Part shown: in pieces, positions 40,202 to 54,501 of the stretch | How the letters are laid out: each line of letters begins with the position of its first letter | How positions within the stretch are numbered: the first letter of the stretch is position 1 | Source: Octopus vulgaris | Lineage: Eukaryota | NCBI GenBank assembly: GCA_951406725.2 | Contig: OX597819.1 | Coordinates: 26,040,001-26,104,000 of the forward strand | Reading direction: 5' to 3' | DNA: 64,000 nt | The notes under the pieces: generated by a model | What the model was told of the DNA's origin: nothing | Seen by the model: only the letters and a program-made list of their open reading frames with translations | Database searches by the model: none | Position numbers and translations under genes: made by a program

Positions 40202-41775
40202 TCATTAGTCAGTTTTATTTTGAGAGTTCTTGCCAATAGAGAAAGAAACTGTTTCTAATCCATATCCAAGGCTCCTTCATTGGAATTTCCACAACATGAG
40301 CCGGAGTTTTTGTATGTATGTAAGTATATGTACAGATTTGTGTGTATTGTTCCATGTATGTATTCTCATGCATATAGTTGCACATCTAGACATGCTCATA
40401 TATACTTAAATGATAAACTTCTAGAAAGTTTTATACATATTTACAGATCCAGCGATGTCTGTGATCTGCAGTCTTCGAATAAGCTTTCTCCTTTCTGGTT
40501 TTGAGAAGCCTAATTTTTCAAGATTCGTATTTAGCCAAAAATTGCATGTATAAACCTAATCTTGTAATCTGGATAGTGTAGCTGAAGATTCCTCAATAGC
40601 TCAGTGTAGGTATTTTCTTTTTCTCTGATCTTTAGATTTAGGTTAGCATCTACTTGGCAGCTGATTTCCATAACAGTGCACAGTGTCTCCTCTCTTTCCC
40701 AAATTACTGTAACGGGTCTATCATGTTTATATTTTATTAAGCTTTTCACTGAGACATTCCATCAGTACTCCTTTCTATTATTAGTGGTTATGTCTTCTAA
40801 TCCACTGTAGGTTTTTCTTTATTTTTGTAGTCTTAGGGTTATCATTATACATTGTCCGATCTATAACAGTTTGTCTCGTCGGTAGATAATAACGTGATGA
40901 TACTTTCCGACAACAGCTTCTTATTTTACTGCATTTTCCTGCATATGTGCCCATTTTGTGCATCAGATATTCGGTTGATCTTCCTTGTTCCTGGATTGCA
41001 AACGAATACTCTTCAAAGTGGGAGTTAGTAATCCGGTTGCTGGTCCATGATAGACTCATTTGATGATCAAGGTTACTATCGTCCTGGAACTTACTATTAA
41101 CATAACTATGCAAGGTCTTCTGCTCATCTAGGCTCATCCATTCATCTATTGGTTCGTTGCAGTAGAGTCGTGTGACTTCTTTCGGCTTGTATTTAAGGTT
41201 ATCAGACAAGTAATGCTGCTCAAAGAACTCCTTTCCAAAGTTTCATGATGTTATCAGCCACATATCTGGGATGCACTTCGACATTTAGTGGTTAAAAGAT
41301 ATTGCGTAAGAGATATGATACGACATTTCACAGGCAGTCTGAACTGATGTTTAGCCCCCGCCGCCTTCTTTTTGTTTTTTTGAGTAGTGGTTGCCTACGT
41401 CACTGTTGCTATGGAAACGTGTGCTGGTTAGTGTCCTTCGGGTTTTCACATCAATGGTTCGGATCTCATCAAGCGTCCAGTCAAGTAGCCCAATTGCTGT
41501 TGTAAATACTGACACGGCAAACACATTGTGGGCCACAGTTTTATTAAATGCAGAGAGTTTCGAGGATCATATTTTCTTTATTCGGCAGTAATATTCTTTA
41601 ATGACAACTGTTTTGTTACAGGTGTTTTGTTACAGGTAAGATATATTTTCATCCATCCCAAACAACCGGTAAATTCCTCGTCGGATACAGAGGTAACAGT
41701 TGAGTCATTGATGGTGATATTTTCAGTCTGTTTTACAGTTTTCCATTTTTTTCACAACCATATAGCAACTCTTAT
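40202..41775 (-). mobile_element. Decayed R4/Dong-clade LINE (RT C-terminus to REL endonuclease and 3'UTR)
   Basis: Minus ORFs AHNVFAVSV..GLLDWTLDEIRTIDVKTRR, FAIQEQ, KHDRP..IWERE..C.VMEISC.VD.N...KIREKENTY.EL. Confidence 0.85.
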
Positions 41776-41781
41776 CTCGAC

Positions 41782-41982
41782 ATGTATGTATGCGTGTATG
41801 TATATATGTATGCATGTATGTATGTCAGCATGCATATATGACAGTATTTATGTTTGCATGTATGTATGCATGCATGTATTCATGTATGTATGCATGTATG
41901 CATGTATGTATGTATGCATACATGCGTGTATGCATACATGTATGGATGGATGGATAGAAGTATGTAGGTATATATGTATGTA
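41782..41982. repeat. Degenerate (TATG)n microsatellite
   Basis: Direct reading. Confidence 0.9.
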
Positions 41983-42969
41983 TTTGAACCGTTTGAATGA
42001 GTAAAATAGCTAAAATAAGACAACAAAACTTTTCGCTGCCGTGGAGCTTAGCACAGGCTCCAGCACAGAAGTCATTAAATTGATTCCTCCACGTTTCCCC
42101 TGAGAATGAATTAGCTTATATATTATGCTACATGTTTCATGGAAAGCTATCAAGGGTACAAGTAATCTCTTTATCCATAACGTGAATATAAACTCCATAT
42201 TAATGTTCATAGGTTCAAGCATTTATTGCCTGCGATTCGAGTATGAATATAGCATTTAGTTTCATTATCTAATCATTTATCGAATATCGAGGTCAGAATG
42301 CTACAGCGATGAACTGCCATCATTGACATTGATGTGTCAATATATCTCTGTAAACGTCGCGCACCACACAAAAATATGCATGCAGCATCTATACCATACT
42401 TTGACCATATGAGATGCTTACACCTATCATAAACTACAACATATTTCATCCATATAATTTATATTTATTTATATGTTGCTTACCAGACCCTTTATCATGG
42501 CCGTAAGAGAAGGCAGGGGAGAGAAAACGAGAGGGAAAGAATGAATCTGCGTAATTCGTGGTAGACAATCACTTCATTTTTTTCCAGATTTTAAGCCGGA
42601 AATCTTTTGTATTCTCTCGGAGAGAGGAATAATAGAAAAACATCCATGTTTTAACATAGGAGACTGTTTTTTTTTTTACTATGAAAATATCCGTGGATGG
42701 TTCAATTTCAGCTTTATTAAACCTCGTCATCACAGATTAAGTCAAGTTATTAAAGTTCCTTTATATTTATTTGGCGTCCTACTTTACTTTATAGAACAAC
42801 TAGTAAAGAACAGCATCGATGGCTAGGTATTTACTGCGGGAATGTTGATACAGGAATGTCTAATACGATGCTGATCAAATGTCGCAAGGAATTTCAGCAG
42901 AAAAGCACCAATTTCTTATGCATCAATGAAGTATATATTTTTACTTCTTACGCAGATCAGTTAAAGCTA

Positions 42970-43035
<66 letters not shown>

Positions 43036-43068
43036 GCTAGCTAGCTAGCTAGCTAGCTTGCTAGCTAG
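42970..43068. repeat. (TATC)n switching to (TAGC)n
   Basis: Direct reading. Confidence 0.95.
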
Positions 43069-43594
43069 TGTGCACGTGAGACTATGTTCGTGTGTGCACG
43101 TGTGTATGTGTCTGTGTGTTACTGCGTGTGTTTGCGTGTGTGTGTGTGTGTGTGTGTATCTTCTTGATAGCATCCGTAAAAAATCGCAAAATTCAGCAAG
43201 AGATAAGTATCATCCAATGATCTGATGGAAATTTCATGCAAAACAAGTAATTACGCATTCTCATACGACACGGATAGAGACTGAGGTAAGATGAAGGGGA
43301 AATAAAAGAAAAAGACAGGAATAACATGAAGATTCGTTGACATAATTATGTTCATTTATACATTCATCAAAGCTAAGATGCCCTTAACGAAATAGATGGC
43401 ATCATTTTCGTGAGATAAACGGACTAACAGTGAAATGTGATTTTTTTGTCTCAGTAGGCGTCATCAGCATGAAAATTCATTATTGGAAGATTCTTGATTC
43501 TTTACTTTCTCTTTAGTTCCCATCAAAAGTTTGCTCCATTATCATTTCGTAGATGTAACATACTGTAGAGACTGAGACAATATTGTTTTGAAAT

Positions 43595-43846
43595 TTTAGC
43601 ACAAGGCCAGCAGTTTTGGATTAGAGGACTAGTCGATTACATCGAACCAAGTTTTTTCAAATGGTACGTTTTTATCGACCCCGAAAGGATGAAAGGAAAA
43701 GTGTATCTCGTGGGTACATGAAGTCATAGGCAGGAGTTAAAGGCAAAGTCGTCCCATGGCGGAATTTGAACTCAGAACGTTAAGAAGGACGAAGTGCCGC
43801 TGAGCATTTTCCCCAGCGTGCTAACGATTCTGCCAGCTCACCGCCC
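43595..43846 (-). mobile_element. SINE family B pieces
   Basis: TTATCGACCCCGAAAGGATGAAAGG and GGCGGAATTTGAACTCAGAACGT..TTCTGCCAGCTCACCGCC. Confidence 0.85.
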
Positions 43847-43965
43847 TGGCGTTAAACTAATACGCCTGCTTGTTGTTCTTTCAGCTGTCTTCGAGTTTTG
43901 CTTTCTGTAAATTTGAACTATATACATATATATATATGTGTGTGTGTGTGCATGTATCTATGTGT

Positions 43966-44261
<296 letters not shown>

Positions 44262-44262
<1 letters not shown>

Positions 44263-44900
44263 ACACGGTTGTCAGATAAATTCAGTTTTTCCGTTTATTT
44301 TAATACATATTTTCCATAAACCATTTAAAAAAGGACATCCAATTACATATAAATATTCATTGTTCCCGACTTAGCAATGTTCTGCTAGCTTGTCAATCAC
44401 AGGTCTCGATTCGATCTCTTCAGCTCAACGTCGTAGCTGACTGATTGTTTGAGAGCGACCAAGAAAGGTAATTATCTAAAGACACAATATCAGAATAAGC
44501 TGATGGGTGCAGTAGAACTTTCCAGCCGAGCTCTTGAATAGAATTTGTTATCAAATTTGGGTTCTTTTGGGGAAGGCTTTCATGCTGGAAAATCACACCA
44601 AATGTTCAGCCAAATTTTAGAACTTACAAGCACGAAGTGAAGGAAGCGGGCAGCGTTGTCATCAGATCATCCCATCTGCTGGTCAAATTCCTTAATGGAC
44701 TGGCACTGATCTTCAGGGATAGAATCATTCAATTGATTCTCACTTAACTGAATAAAATATCCGGAACGCGGACAAGCTTGTGATGCTGAATTTTCGCTCC
44801 TACAGTGTGGAAACCATTTCCACTCATTTTTTGGAGTAATAGTATCTTCACCGTCAAGCCGAGTTGGCAGCCTTGGAAACTTGACTGAAAGCAAAGAGAA
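44262..44900 (-). mobile_element. Heavily decayed mariner (Mos1-like) transposon
   Basis: Minus peptides DGEDTIT..EWKWF..RSEN....PRSG and GVIFQH...IQELGW.VLLHP..YSD...D.YL..SL. Confidence 0.7.
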
Positions 44901-45266
44901 GCAGCTGTTTAAAATGCTAATATTTTCTTAAACGGCTGAAAACAAGTAATGTATATTCAAATTTGAAAAGAAAAATGTAGAGGTACAATACAGCTAAAAA
45001 CAAAAAACACAAATTACGAGAAGTATATCGTTCTTGTCACTTCAAATGACATTAGAAAGCAACGAACAAATTTATTTGACAACGCCAAACGTCTATACAG
45101 TATTTTGCGAGCGCGAGTGTGGGGGCGTGACTGGATGATTACGTGTTTATATATATATGCATATACATGTATATGATTATACACACAAACACACACAAAC
45201 ATATATTTACACATATATGTAGATATATGCACATATATGTATGTGTGTATATGCATATATATATAA

Positions 45267-45319
<53 letters not shown>

Positions 45320-45401
45320 ATCACATACTAAACTACACATATACATATATATGCATTTATCTATTTCTATATCTATATCTCTATTTATCTACTTCTCCAC
45401 T

Positions 45402-45439
<38 letters not shown>

Positions 45440-46163
45440 GGTGTGTGCGTGTGTGTATAAATGAAAAAAAAACTACTAATAAAATAAATATAATAACTGC
45501 GTACTTCCGTAATATTGAACCGTGAACCCAATCATTAAAGAAAACAGATAAAGAATAATGGAGCTGGGAATTAAAGTTCATTCATAAAATTTCGATTTAA
45601 CCATTTTGTTCTACAAGATTGCGTACCATTTCCTTCTTTGTTCAGTTATTGTCTGGTAATATTTATTATCTTACAACATAGAAACTCATAGCTTTAATGA
45701 CGTCAGAAAATTGATTTATAATTGTATATCCATCAAAGTGTCAAAATATTTTGTTGTGAATGAAAAATGAGTAAAACATTCATATTTATACAGTTATTAT
45801 TTTCTTCAAGATATCTTTATTTAGCCCATGAAACGACAATGAAACCAGATTTTAATTTAATGGAGACAGCAATATCCATATCGATTCGCTTCTCAGCTCT
45901 GTGCATGAAAGTTGTAATCTCTGTCACGTATATATTACTATAGTAACATGATAGCCAGTGCTCAATTATTCGTTAATTTGTAACACAAATGTACAGCAGG
46001 AATAAATTTTAGGCTGTCTAGATAAAATATTTACATTTCATCAGTGTCTTCTGTATAGGACTGAATGGTTCTTATAATTAGTATACTTCGTATTTGACAT
46101 TAACTAAAATCAGTATATATTCATGATGATAATGAAGTAAGTTCGTTTATATATTGAATGATG

Positions 46164-46212
<49 letters not shown>

Positions 46213-46213
<1 letters not shown>

Positions 46214-46505
46214 TAGCAGAGATACCCGGCGTTGCAGAGATACCATGCTTCCACGCGTGGTGAACACAGTTCACGTCAAACAGGTGACTGACTAAAGTTC
46301 ACTATTCAATGCATGGGATAAGGCCTAAACAAACACATTATGGATTTTTGCACTTGCGAGATGAATTTCGGAACAGAAATAGCGCAGTTCAATTTTCATT
46401 CCCTTAAACTTTAAGTGGCCCATTTTGGTGGTTCTACGATTTGTTGGCTAGGAGGAGGTGTGCCGGGAAGTTAAAAACACAGACACACACAGACACACAA
46501 GTTGA

Positions 46506-46559
<54 letters not shown>
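46213..46559 (-). mobile_element. Non-autonomous Helitron
   Basis: Minus 5' TC(TA)nAAACTCAACTTGTGTGTCTG resembles the 15 kb elements; 3' GCAACGCCGGG...CTGCTAG|T. Confidence 0.75.
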
Positions 46560-46561
<2 letters not shown>

Positions 46562-46755
46562 GGTGTATATATATATATATAGAGAGAGATAGATAGATAG
46601 ATAGATATATACATATATACTAGATACATAACTAGATACATACATAAATATATAGATATTAATATCAGATTCAGTACTGTCAGCAAATCATTGGGTATAT
46701 ACATTTTGTATACATGCATATCTACACACACAAAGAGAGACGCACACACATATAA

Positions 46756-46860
<105 letters not shown>

Positions 46861-49455
46861 TTTTGTGTGTGTAAATGTGAGTGTGTGTGTCTCTCTTTTT
46901 CTATGCTTTTATGTATGTATATAAGTATATATATATATATATGTATGTGTATCTTGTCAGCTGTAGTGACAACGATTATAGAAAATCACAATTGCGAACT
47001 CTTATAAATTGCTAATATTCCTCGAAGGCAAATTTCAACGACTTTTGAAATGATTTCTTATTGAGTTTATGAAATACAGTAAACAAAGGAAAACATGCAT
47101 AGTGAAAAGTCACACCTTGGTTGTCAGCCAATTTCAGGAGTGCAAACATCATTTGTTCAATAAAATTCAATTGAAAAGGCTTTGGTTGTTACGTTTAATT
47201 AAAATGTGACTACATAGTCGATATATTAGTCTAGCTAAACATACAGACATATATCTACATTCACACACTCTCTTATACATATGTCCAAATGCAGACATTT
47301 ACATACATACATATATAAACTCATATATATATATATATAAATATACACATACATTCATACGTACACACATACGAGTTGCGCACGCACACATCTAGTGATT
47401 AGCAAAATAGGGTAATTCTAAGAAACAGTTACATTTACAGGTTATGCATAGACATACGCAGATATCAACATAGAGACAAACATAAAGATACACAATGAGG
47501 CATAACAAGCATTGACATACACACAGACACACAGACACACACACATACACATACACATAAACACAAATACATATACCATATATAAATATATACACACTCT
47601 TGAAGGTTCAGTGTAACTAAAATTAGGCACTGTGAGATCGAGAAATAGGTTGGCATATGTTTATGAGTGTTTGTGTGTGCAGACAGGCACTCACAGAAAG
47701 AGAGAGACACGTTGGCACGCTCACATAAATATACAGCCGTATATAATCATGCACAATCATATACACAGATGCACACATATTTATACGCACAGTGACATGA
47801 TACAGACGCGTTGAGATGAACAAAATATCATTACGATACCAGAATATTCTGGTATTGTATGGCATTTTGTTGATTTCAACACACACACATACATAAGAGT
47901 CGCAGACAAGTAGAGTATCCTAATTACTCGTATATTTATGTTTCAATTAGGTACGTTGGAACTTTTCTTCGATATTTCTAATCGATGAATTCAATGCGAC
48001 AGTATTAGGTTTAATTGTTTGTATGCATTTTACCCAGTTCCCTATAGACATTGATCAATATTCACCACGCTAATTACCACAGTGTTTTAGTGTCTTTATG
48101 GTAATATATAGCAACGTTCAATTCTTCCTTAATATGCATCTTCTGCTGGGGACAGCACAGAGTCAAGCATTATCTGAAACGCAAAGGATTTGTCCAGACG
48201 TATTTGTCCGAGAATTGTCAATTATTGCGTCTAATTTGTTTTGCTACAGAGTCATGAGGAATAAAGCTAAATGTCTCCAGAAAACTTCCAACACTCGCAA
48301 GCAGGTTTCTCAAAACATCTACAACATAATTTAATCAGAAATTTCAGGTATGAAAGATTCCAAGACAAGTTTGGCCAGAACCCATTAACCAAGAAATAAA
48401 AAAACAACAACTAGTAATAAGATATAGACAAGCCATTCTTCTAGAAAAGGAAATGGTTGTTACGTAAGCTTTTGAAGAGGAGTCAAGATTTCCAAGAAAT
48501 GCCTAACGAGAATCGGCAGAAATAGAACTGAAGACGAAACGAATGGCATGGAAACACAAATATAAAGGAACAGGATCTCTGTGGAGTGCTCAAAACACGC
48601 TATGACGATATAGATATCCATGCTGTTTAATACGTATTCTACTAATTTCTGCTTCATTTTGAGAATAAGTGGAACAAATACATACAGATATAAAAATTCT
48701 AACATTCTTTTTCGTGACATTTATAAGTTGAAGACAAACACTTATGGCCTGATAGGTGAATGGGAACAAAAAAGATAGAAAGAAACCACGGCTCTTGAGA
48801 TATCCTCAGATCAGTGACCTATGCATGCGAAAGAGTGTGTTCAAATAGTTACCGAATACCAAGTCAGCGCTGTTAAATTTAGTGACTGATTAAGTCAATC
48901 TACGACGAACTTGTACATTCCATCCAACATGGATTTGAAAGGAATTCAACTGAATTCCACAGACTATGGGTTTATTTACTTTTACTCAGTGGAATTACAT
49001 GGAACCAAGGCTAGAGCAAATGTATTCTCCGATGCAGTGGATCCATAGAGCACAAGTAATAAACTCTAATTTGATATGGCTCCCAGACTCCTTTTTACGT
49101 GACTAAACTTCTGGTTGGAATCAACCCCTCATACATGCTATTATTCTTTCCATCTTGTTCTGCATCCAGCCGTCAATTGCGTCCTCCGTGTATATATCAT
49201 AACATACTTTGAATGATACCATAAAGAGAAACGTCTGAAACATAATTGGAATGGAAATGCCACACCATGTTTGACGCTATGACAGTTGCTTTGTAAATCT
49301 ACGCATCAATAAATGTTCTGTCATAGATCTAATTTGGGTCGACCAAGACCTGTGCATAAATTTGGAGAATACCGGAGAATCGTATCTTTAGGAGGTTGTG
49401 CCTCACTACTAGGTCCTTTGGTATCTTTAGCAGTAACCAATCAATTGCAATCGTA

Positions 49456-49842
49456 GTGGAAGCGCAATAGCCCAGTGGTTAGAGCAGCGGACTCGCGTTC
49501 ATAGGATCGCGGTTTCGATTCCCAGACCGGACGTTGTGAGTGTTTATTGAGCGAAAACACCTAAAAGCTCCACGCGGCTCCGGCAGGGATGGTGGTGATC
49601 CCTGTTGTACCCTTTCACCACAACTTTCTCTCACTCTTACTTCCTGTTTCTGTTGTACCTGTATTTCAAAGGGCCGGCCTTTTCATTCTCTGTGTCACGC
49701 TGAATATCCCCGAGAACTACGTTAATGGTACACGTGTCTGTGGAGTGCTCAGCCACTTACACGTTAATTCCTCGAGCAGGCTGTTCCGTTGATCGGATCA
49801 ACCGGAACCCTCGTCGTCGTAACCGACGGAGTGCTTCCATCC
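49456..49842 (+). mobile_element. SINE family C with 12 bp TSD
   Basis: tRNA-like head; TSD ATTGCAATCG(T/C)A at 49444-49455 and 49843-49854. Confidence 0.92.
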
Positions 49843-50348
49843 ATTGCAATCGCAAAGAATAACGATATGAAAGCCACTCCAAAACATACTGAGACATAAC
49901 TGTCACACATTCGATGAAAAATTCTTTAACTATAAACACCTAAAAGTCGAAATGCATATGAATGACAGTCTCCACAACTGGAGTAATATCTCAGTATGAT
50001 GTCCCTGAGAAAACGTGGCGAAAACTGCACCACAAAATTCTGGCTTCCATTTCAGGTCGAAACTGTACATGTTCTTGCATTTTACCTAAAATTTCAGACA
50101 TGGAATTCCATAGTGTTGGCAGATTTTACGATGTAAAAAGAATGAGCAATCTTTCAGTTACTCATAGCTTGCGTCTTTTTGATCTATTTACATATTATAT
50201 ATGTTAGATTGCTTCACGATTCTCCATTTGATTGTATGTGGTGAGCAGTTGGGTGGGGGTTATACATACATACATAATTACGTACATACACACATACATA
50301 CATACATACATATATACATACATACATATATACATATACACACACACA

Positions 50349-50408
<60 letters not shown>

Positions 50409-50409
50409 C

Positions 50410-50573
50410 ATTTTTTACATTTGACAAATATTTGACCTCATCTTGTTTTGTTGTTAACACAACGCTTCAGCTGATATACCCTCCAGGTGTCTTGGGGAAA
50501 TTTGGAATCTGGTTTCTCATTCCTAAGGTAGTTTTCGAAGTTGTTGTTGTTATTATTATTATTATTATTATTA

Positions 50574-50660
<87 letters not shown>

Positions 50661-50732
50661 CCACTGTCTGGAATCGAACTCAGAATATTGGGGTTAGTAG
50701 CCCGCGCTCTTAACCACTAGGGCACATACCCG
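50410..50732 (-). mobile_element. SINE-like family D: tRNA-like head, (TAA)n, hammerhead-like 3' module
   Basis: Head CCTAGTGGTTAAGAGCGCGGGCTACTAACCCC..GAGTTCGATTCC; 3' module AAGACAC-CTG[deletion]GAGGGTATATCAGCTGAAGCGTT-GTGTT. Confidence 0.75.
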
Positions 50733-50833
50733 TTTTTTTTTATATATATTCAGAAGCTGTTACTAATTATCATAACGAGTTTATCTTATTTACATTTGAC
50801 GAATATTTGTCCTCATCTTGTTTGTTGTTTACA

Positions 50834-51540
50834 CGGGTATATGCCATAGTGATTATGAGGGCGGACTACTAACCCGAAGATTCCGAGTTCGACTCCAGGC
50901 AGTGACCTGAATAATACGACTGGTAGATGAAAATGATGTTCAAATTAGGGGTTACCCACAACGTGTGTATGATCATTAGAGAGAAAAGCGATTGTTTCAA
51001 CTCACGGAAAAGAGACGATGTGATCAAGCTAGAGCTGTAGACAATTACAGGCTGATATCCTGTTTTCCACTTATGTGGAAATTATTGACTGGAATACTCG
51101 CGGAGTCAATGTAAGAACACCTGGAAAAAAAATAGAATCCTGCAATATGACCAGAAGAGTTGCAAGCGTAGGTGCAGAGGTACGAAGAATCAACTCCCGA
51201 TAGACAAAATTGTACTTAGAGACTGAAGGAAAATTAACTTAGCCCTTTTCATGGATCGACTATCGTAAGGTGTTCGATACGATCCCACATTTTTGGATTA
51301 TGGAGTGCATGAATCTATTTGGTATTGCATCGAATGTTGAGCGATTGCTTGAAAAAAGTATGGCGAATTGGAGGACGGACCTGACAGCGTACAGGTTTAG
51401 GGATTGTAGAAATTAGGAGAGGCAACTTCCAAGAGGATTACGTATTCCCACTGAACCTTAGTTCCCTGGTAGTGAAAAGCTGACCTTAGTACATCTCCAG
51501 CGTTAGAAGCTGTGCAAAGGCAATGATGATGATGATGATG

Positions 51541-51628
<88 letters not shown>

Positions 51629-51805
51629 CAACATCGAAAACTACCTTACGAGTGAGAACACGTTCAAAATCCCCAAGACGGCTGATGAAGGATGGAGGGT
51701 ATATCGGTCGAAACGTCTTATTAACAACAATGATGAGGACAAATATACGTCACATACAAATGTAAATAATGTACGTAATTCCTCATTTCTTAAATATAGA
51801 ACTGT
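50834..51805 (+). mobile_element. SINE-like family D copy split by a LINE insertion
   Basis: Head 50834-50916; 3' module 51627-51805 with CTGATGA at 51682 and GAAACGTC at 51710. Confidence 0.7.
50917..51522 (+). mobile_element. R4/Dong-clade LINE RT fragment with short 3' end
   Basis: [67 protein letters not shown]; followed by (TGA)/(TAA)n. Confidence 0.88.
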
Positions 51806-52964
51806 ATATGTGTATGTATATATATATATATATCAATCAATCAATCATATAAATATATATACATACATACATACATACATACATACATACATACATACAT
51901 ACATACATACATACATACATGCAAGAAAAGCTTCCATGTAATTTCATGGTTATGGAAGGAGACACTTGCAAATACTATACTAGTGCGAAGACAAATTAAT
52001 CTCGAAACCATATGCTTACGAAGCAAGTCTCTTAATCACACTGTCATTGCTTCCGCAAATAGAAATGATAAGATAGGCTGGTAATTATGATATCACGCAT
52101 TTTTCAAGATCCATTTGGATATATTTCATAGAACAAAACACATTATCTTCAAAACCAACATTCATTATGTAACACAGGAAATAGTTAAAGATTTAAGAAC
52201 TAGAGTTACTATACGTCTGAATCTTCATCTCGTTTATGAACCTAATTGAATTTACACAGATTACTGATCGGATTTTCGTCAGGTTAATGCACGACATAAC
52301 CTAAGAATATACTCTTTCCTCTATGTCCTTCAATCTTTTTCTGTACGTTTCTACCACGCTCCCTAATCGATGTGTCTATCTATCTCGTTATCAATCTACA
52401 CAAATAACTATCTATTTATGTGTACGAATGTAGTAACACGTCATTCGAATCATATTTTCACAGATGGTAATTTAAGTATTAATATTACTTCACTTATTAC
52501 ATTATATTTCCTGATTATGTGAACTGAGTGTAGTACTTCTCTGGCTACATTCCGTTTCTAGTCTACGATTTCCTATTAGGCGTACTTCCTCTAGCTTGCT
52601 TAGCTGTGCAATTTTCCTGCGCTGCTAGGGCTCCCATTACTGATCTTTCAGTAAGATCACAGCTTTGTAACGCACAGTGAATCTATGAAATGTCGACATT
52701 GATTTTCCAATAAACATTTGAAATGCCACTGGTATAGTAATTTATTTTCTTTTAAACGTATCCAGGATGATAATAATAATAATAATATGGCTCTCATGGC
52801 TTCTGATCTTAACTCATTGGAAGTGTTATCATGTACATTGTTTTGTTTTGGTATAAAAGATGGGCTACGGCAAATATTCTGCTCAATACCACAGATTTGC
52901 TTGTCAGTTGTTTGACTTTAACCAGTTGAGCATGTCCCTTAGTGGCTGACAACAATATTTGTTG

Positions 52965-53680
52965 TCCCTTAGCAATAATAGTTGCTAAACGTCTCTTACC
53001 CTGGGTATTATGCATGTTGTCAATAGCAAATATTTTTGCTCTCCTTCATGACAGAATGAAGCTTCTCATACCACTCGTGATTATGAGCAAGTTTTAGTAT
53101 CCAGTCGTTTGTTGTTGCAAGTTATCTACCCTGTCGAATTTCAATGGTTTTGTTAGGGAGATCAAAAAATTAGATCAAACCTCGACTTCCTTGAGGTCTG
53201 GGGAGGTAGACATACTTCGTCTGCCTTTGGGTGGTACACCGCATTACAAGTCAGCAGCTTACGTATTTTTCTGTCACTTTTCTTATTTCACTGATATTCC
53301 AGTTCAACACATTCAAGCTACAAATAACAACTGGAAATGCTAAAGAATTTATGGCTCACATACGGTTATGTGCATTTAGCTCAGATTTCAGTAGTGCTCA
53401 AACTCGCTTATAACATTCCTTCTTGATCTTCTCATTCATGCTTGTATTCTGAATGCCAGAACCTTCATTTATTTCCTGATATTTATAGGTTTGTTCCTGC
53501 TCAGATCCTTTTGTAAGTGTATCGACATCTTACACGACTGAAATTGAGGAATTCAACTTCATTTTCTGAAAAATTGTCCTTGGAATTTGGTCTTCACTGA
53601 ATGCTTTCACAGTACATAATAAGCCTTCAAGCTCATTATTGTCTTTGCTATAGATATTTAAGTCACCCATGTAAAATATA
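52965..53680 (-). mobile_element. R4/Dong-clade LINE RT C-terminal fragment
   Basis: Minus FYMGDLNIYSKD, AINSLAFPVV.CS.NVLNWNISEIRK, YLPRPQGSRGLI, NDWILKL. Confidence 0.8.
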
Positions 53681-54435
53681 TTATTATTAGATGATTTTTG
53701 TCTGAAAAATATGCATAATACCCGAACACACTCTTACGTTTCTCCTGGCATTCATTCTCATTTAACTATCGATTTGTTCTAAATGACTTAGAGAAATATG
53801 CAGGCAAGGATTTTACACTCGAAGACACCAGCACAATGCGCACATAACCGAGAATTTTGCTTACCCTTCAATCCACATCATGCCTCTAGAGAGCGCGAAC
53901 CTCATATAAAGATCACTGTCTACGACTGACAAATGCATTTCGTGTTAGGATAATGGTGTTATCTCTCAACATTATTGAAATGTAAAGATCTAATAGAAAA
54001 CCTTTTGTGGTATGTATAAAGAATTTATAAAATTAATCGTAAATGTAAACAACTCAGGAACAGAATATTTGCAAATTTAACATCATTTAGAGACATTAAT
54101 AGGATATGCCTTAGGGTAATTTTTGTTGATTTCAATATCATTCCTAGCTGAGAAGACTTACGGTTAAGGATATTGCAACATTTACCTTTCTGAACATTTC
54201 CTTCTGAGTACAATATTCAACGTCTCCATTTCTTTTTATGATGTGAAATTCTACAGCTATTTAAGGCAGGTTGAATGATCACGTATCTGATTTCTTGTGG
54301 GCTTCAATGGTGAGTGGAATAATACAATGTGTCGTGTGACTGATACAGAATATTTTCTTTCCATATGAAAACTGGATACAGTTTTATTTACAAATTGGAT
54401 CTCTTTCTCACTCTGTCTCTCGCTACACACACACA

Positions 54436-54501
<66 letters not shown>

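Noticed and set aside
48460-48720. 86 aa hydrophobic ORF as a host exon
   Set aside because: No recognisable motif or convincing splice context; expected by chance in AT-rich DNA
48990-49400. Possible RTE-type LINE remnant (LLVLYGSTA) on the minus strand
   Set aside because: Single short motif; boundaries cannot be defined
49456-49530. tRNA-like sequences (also 30550-30625, 50660-50732, 50834-50910)
   Set aside because: SINE heads: no proper acceptor stem, and they continue into repeat bodies, some with TSDs
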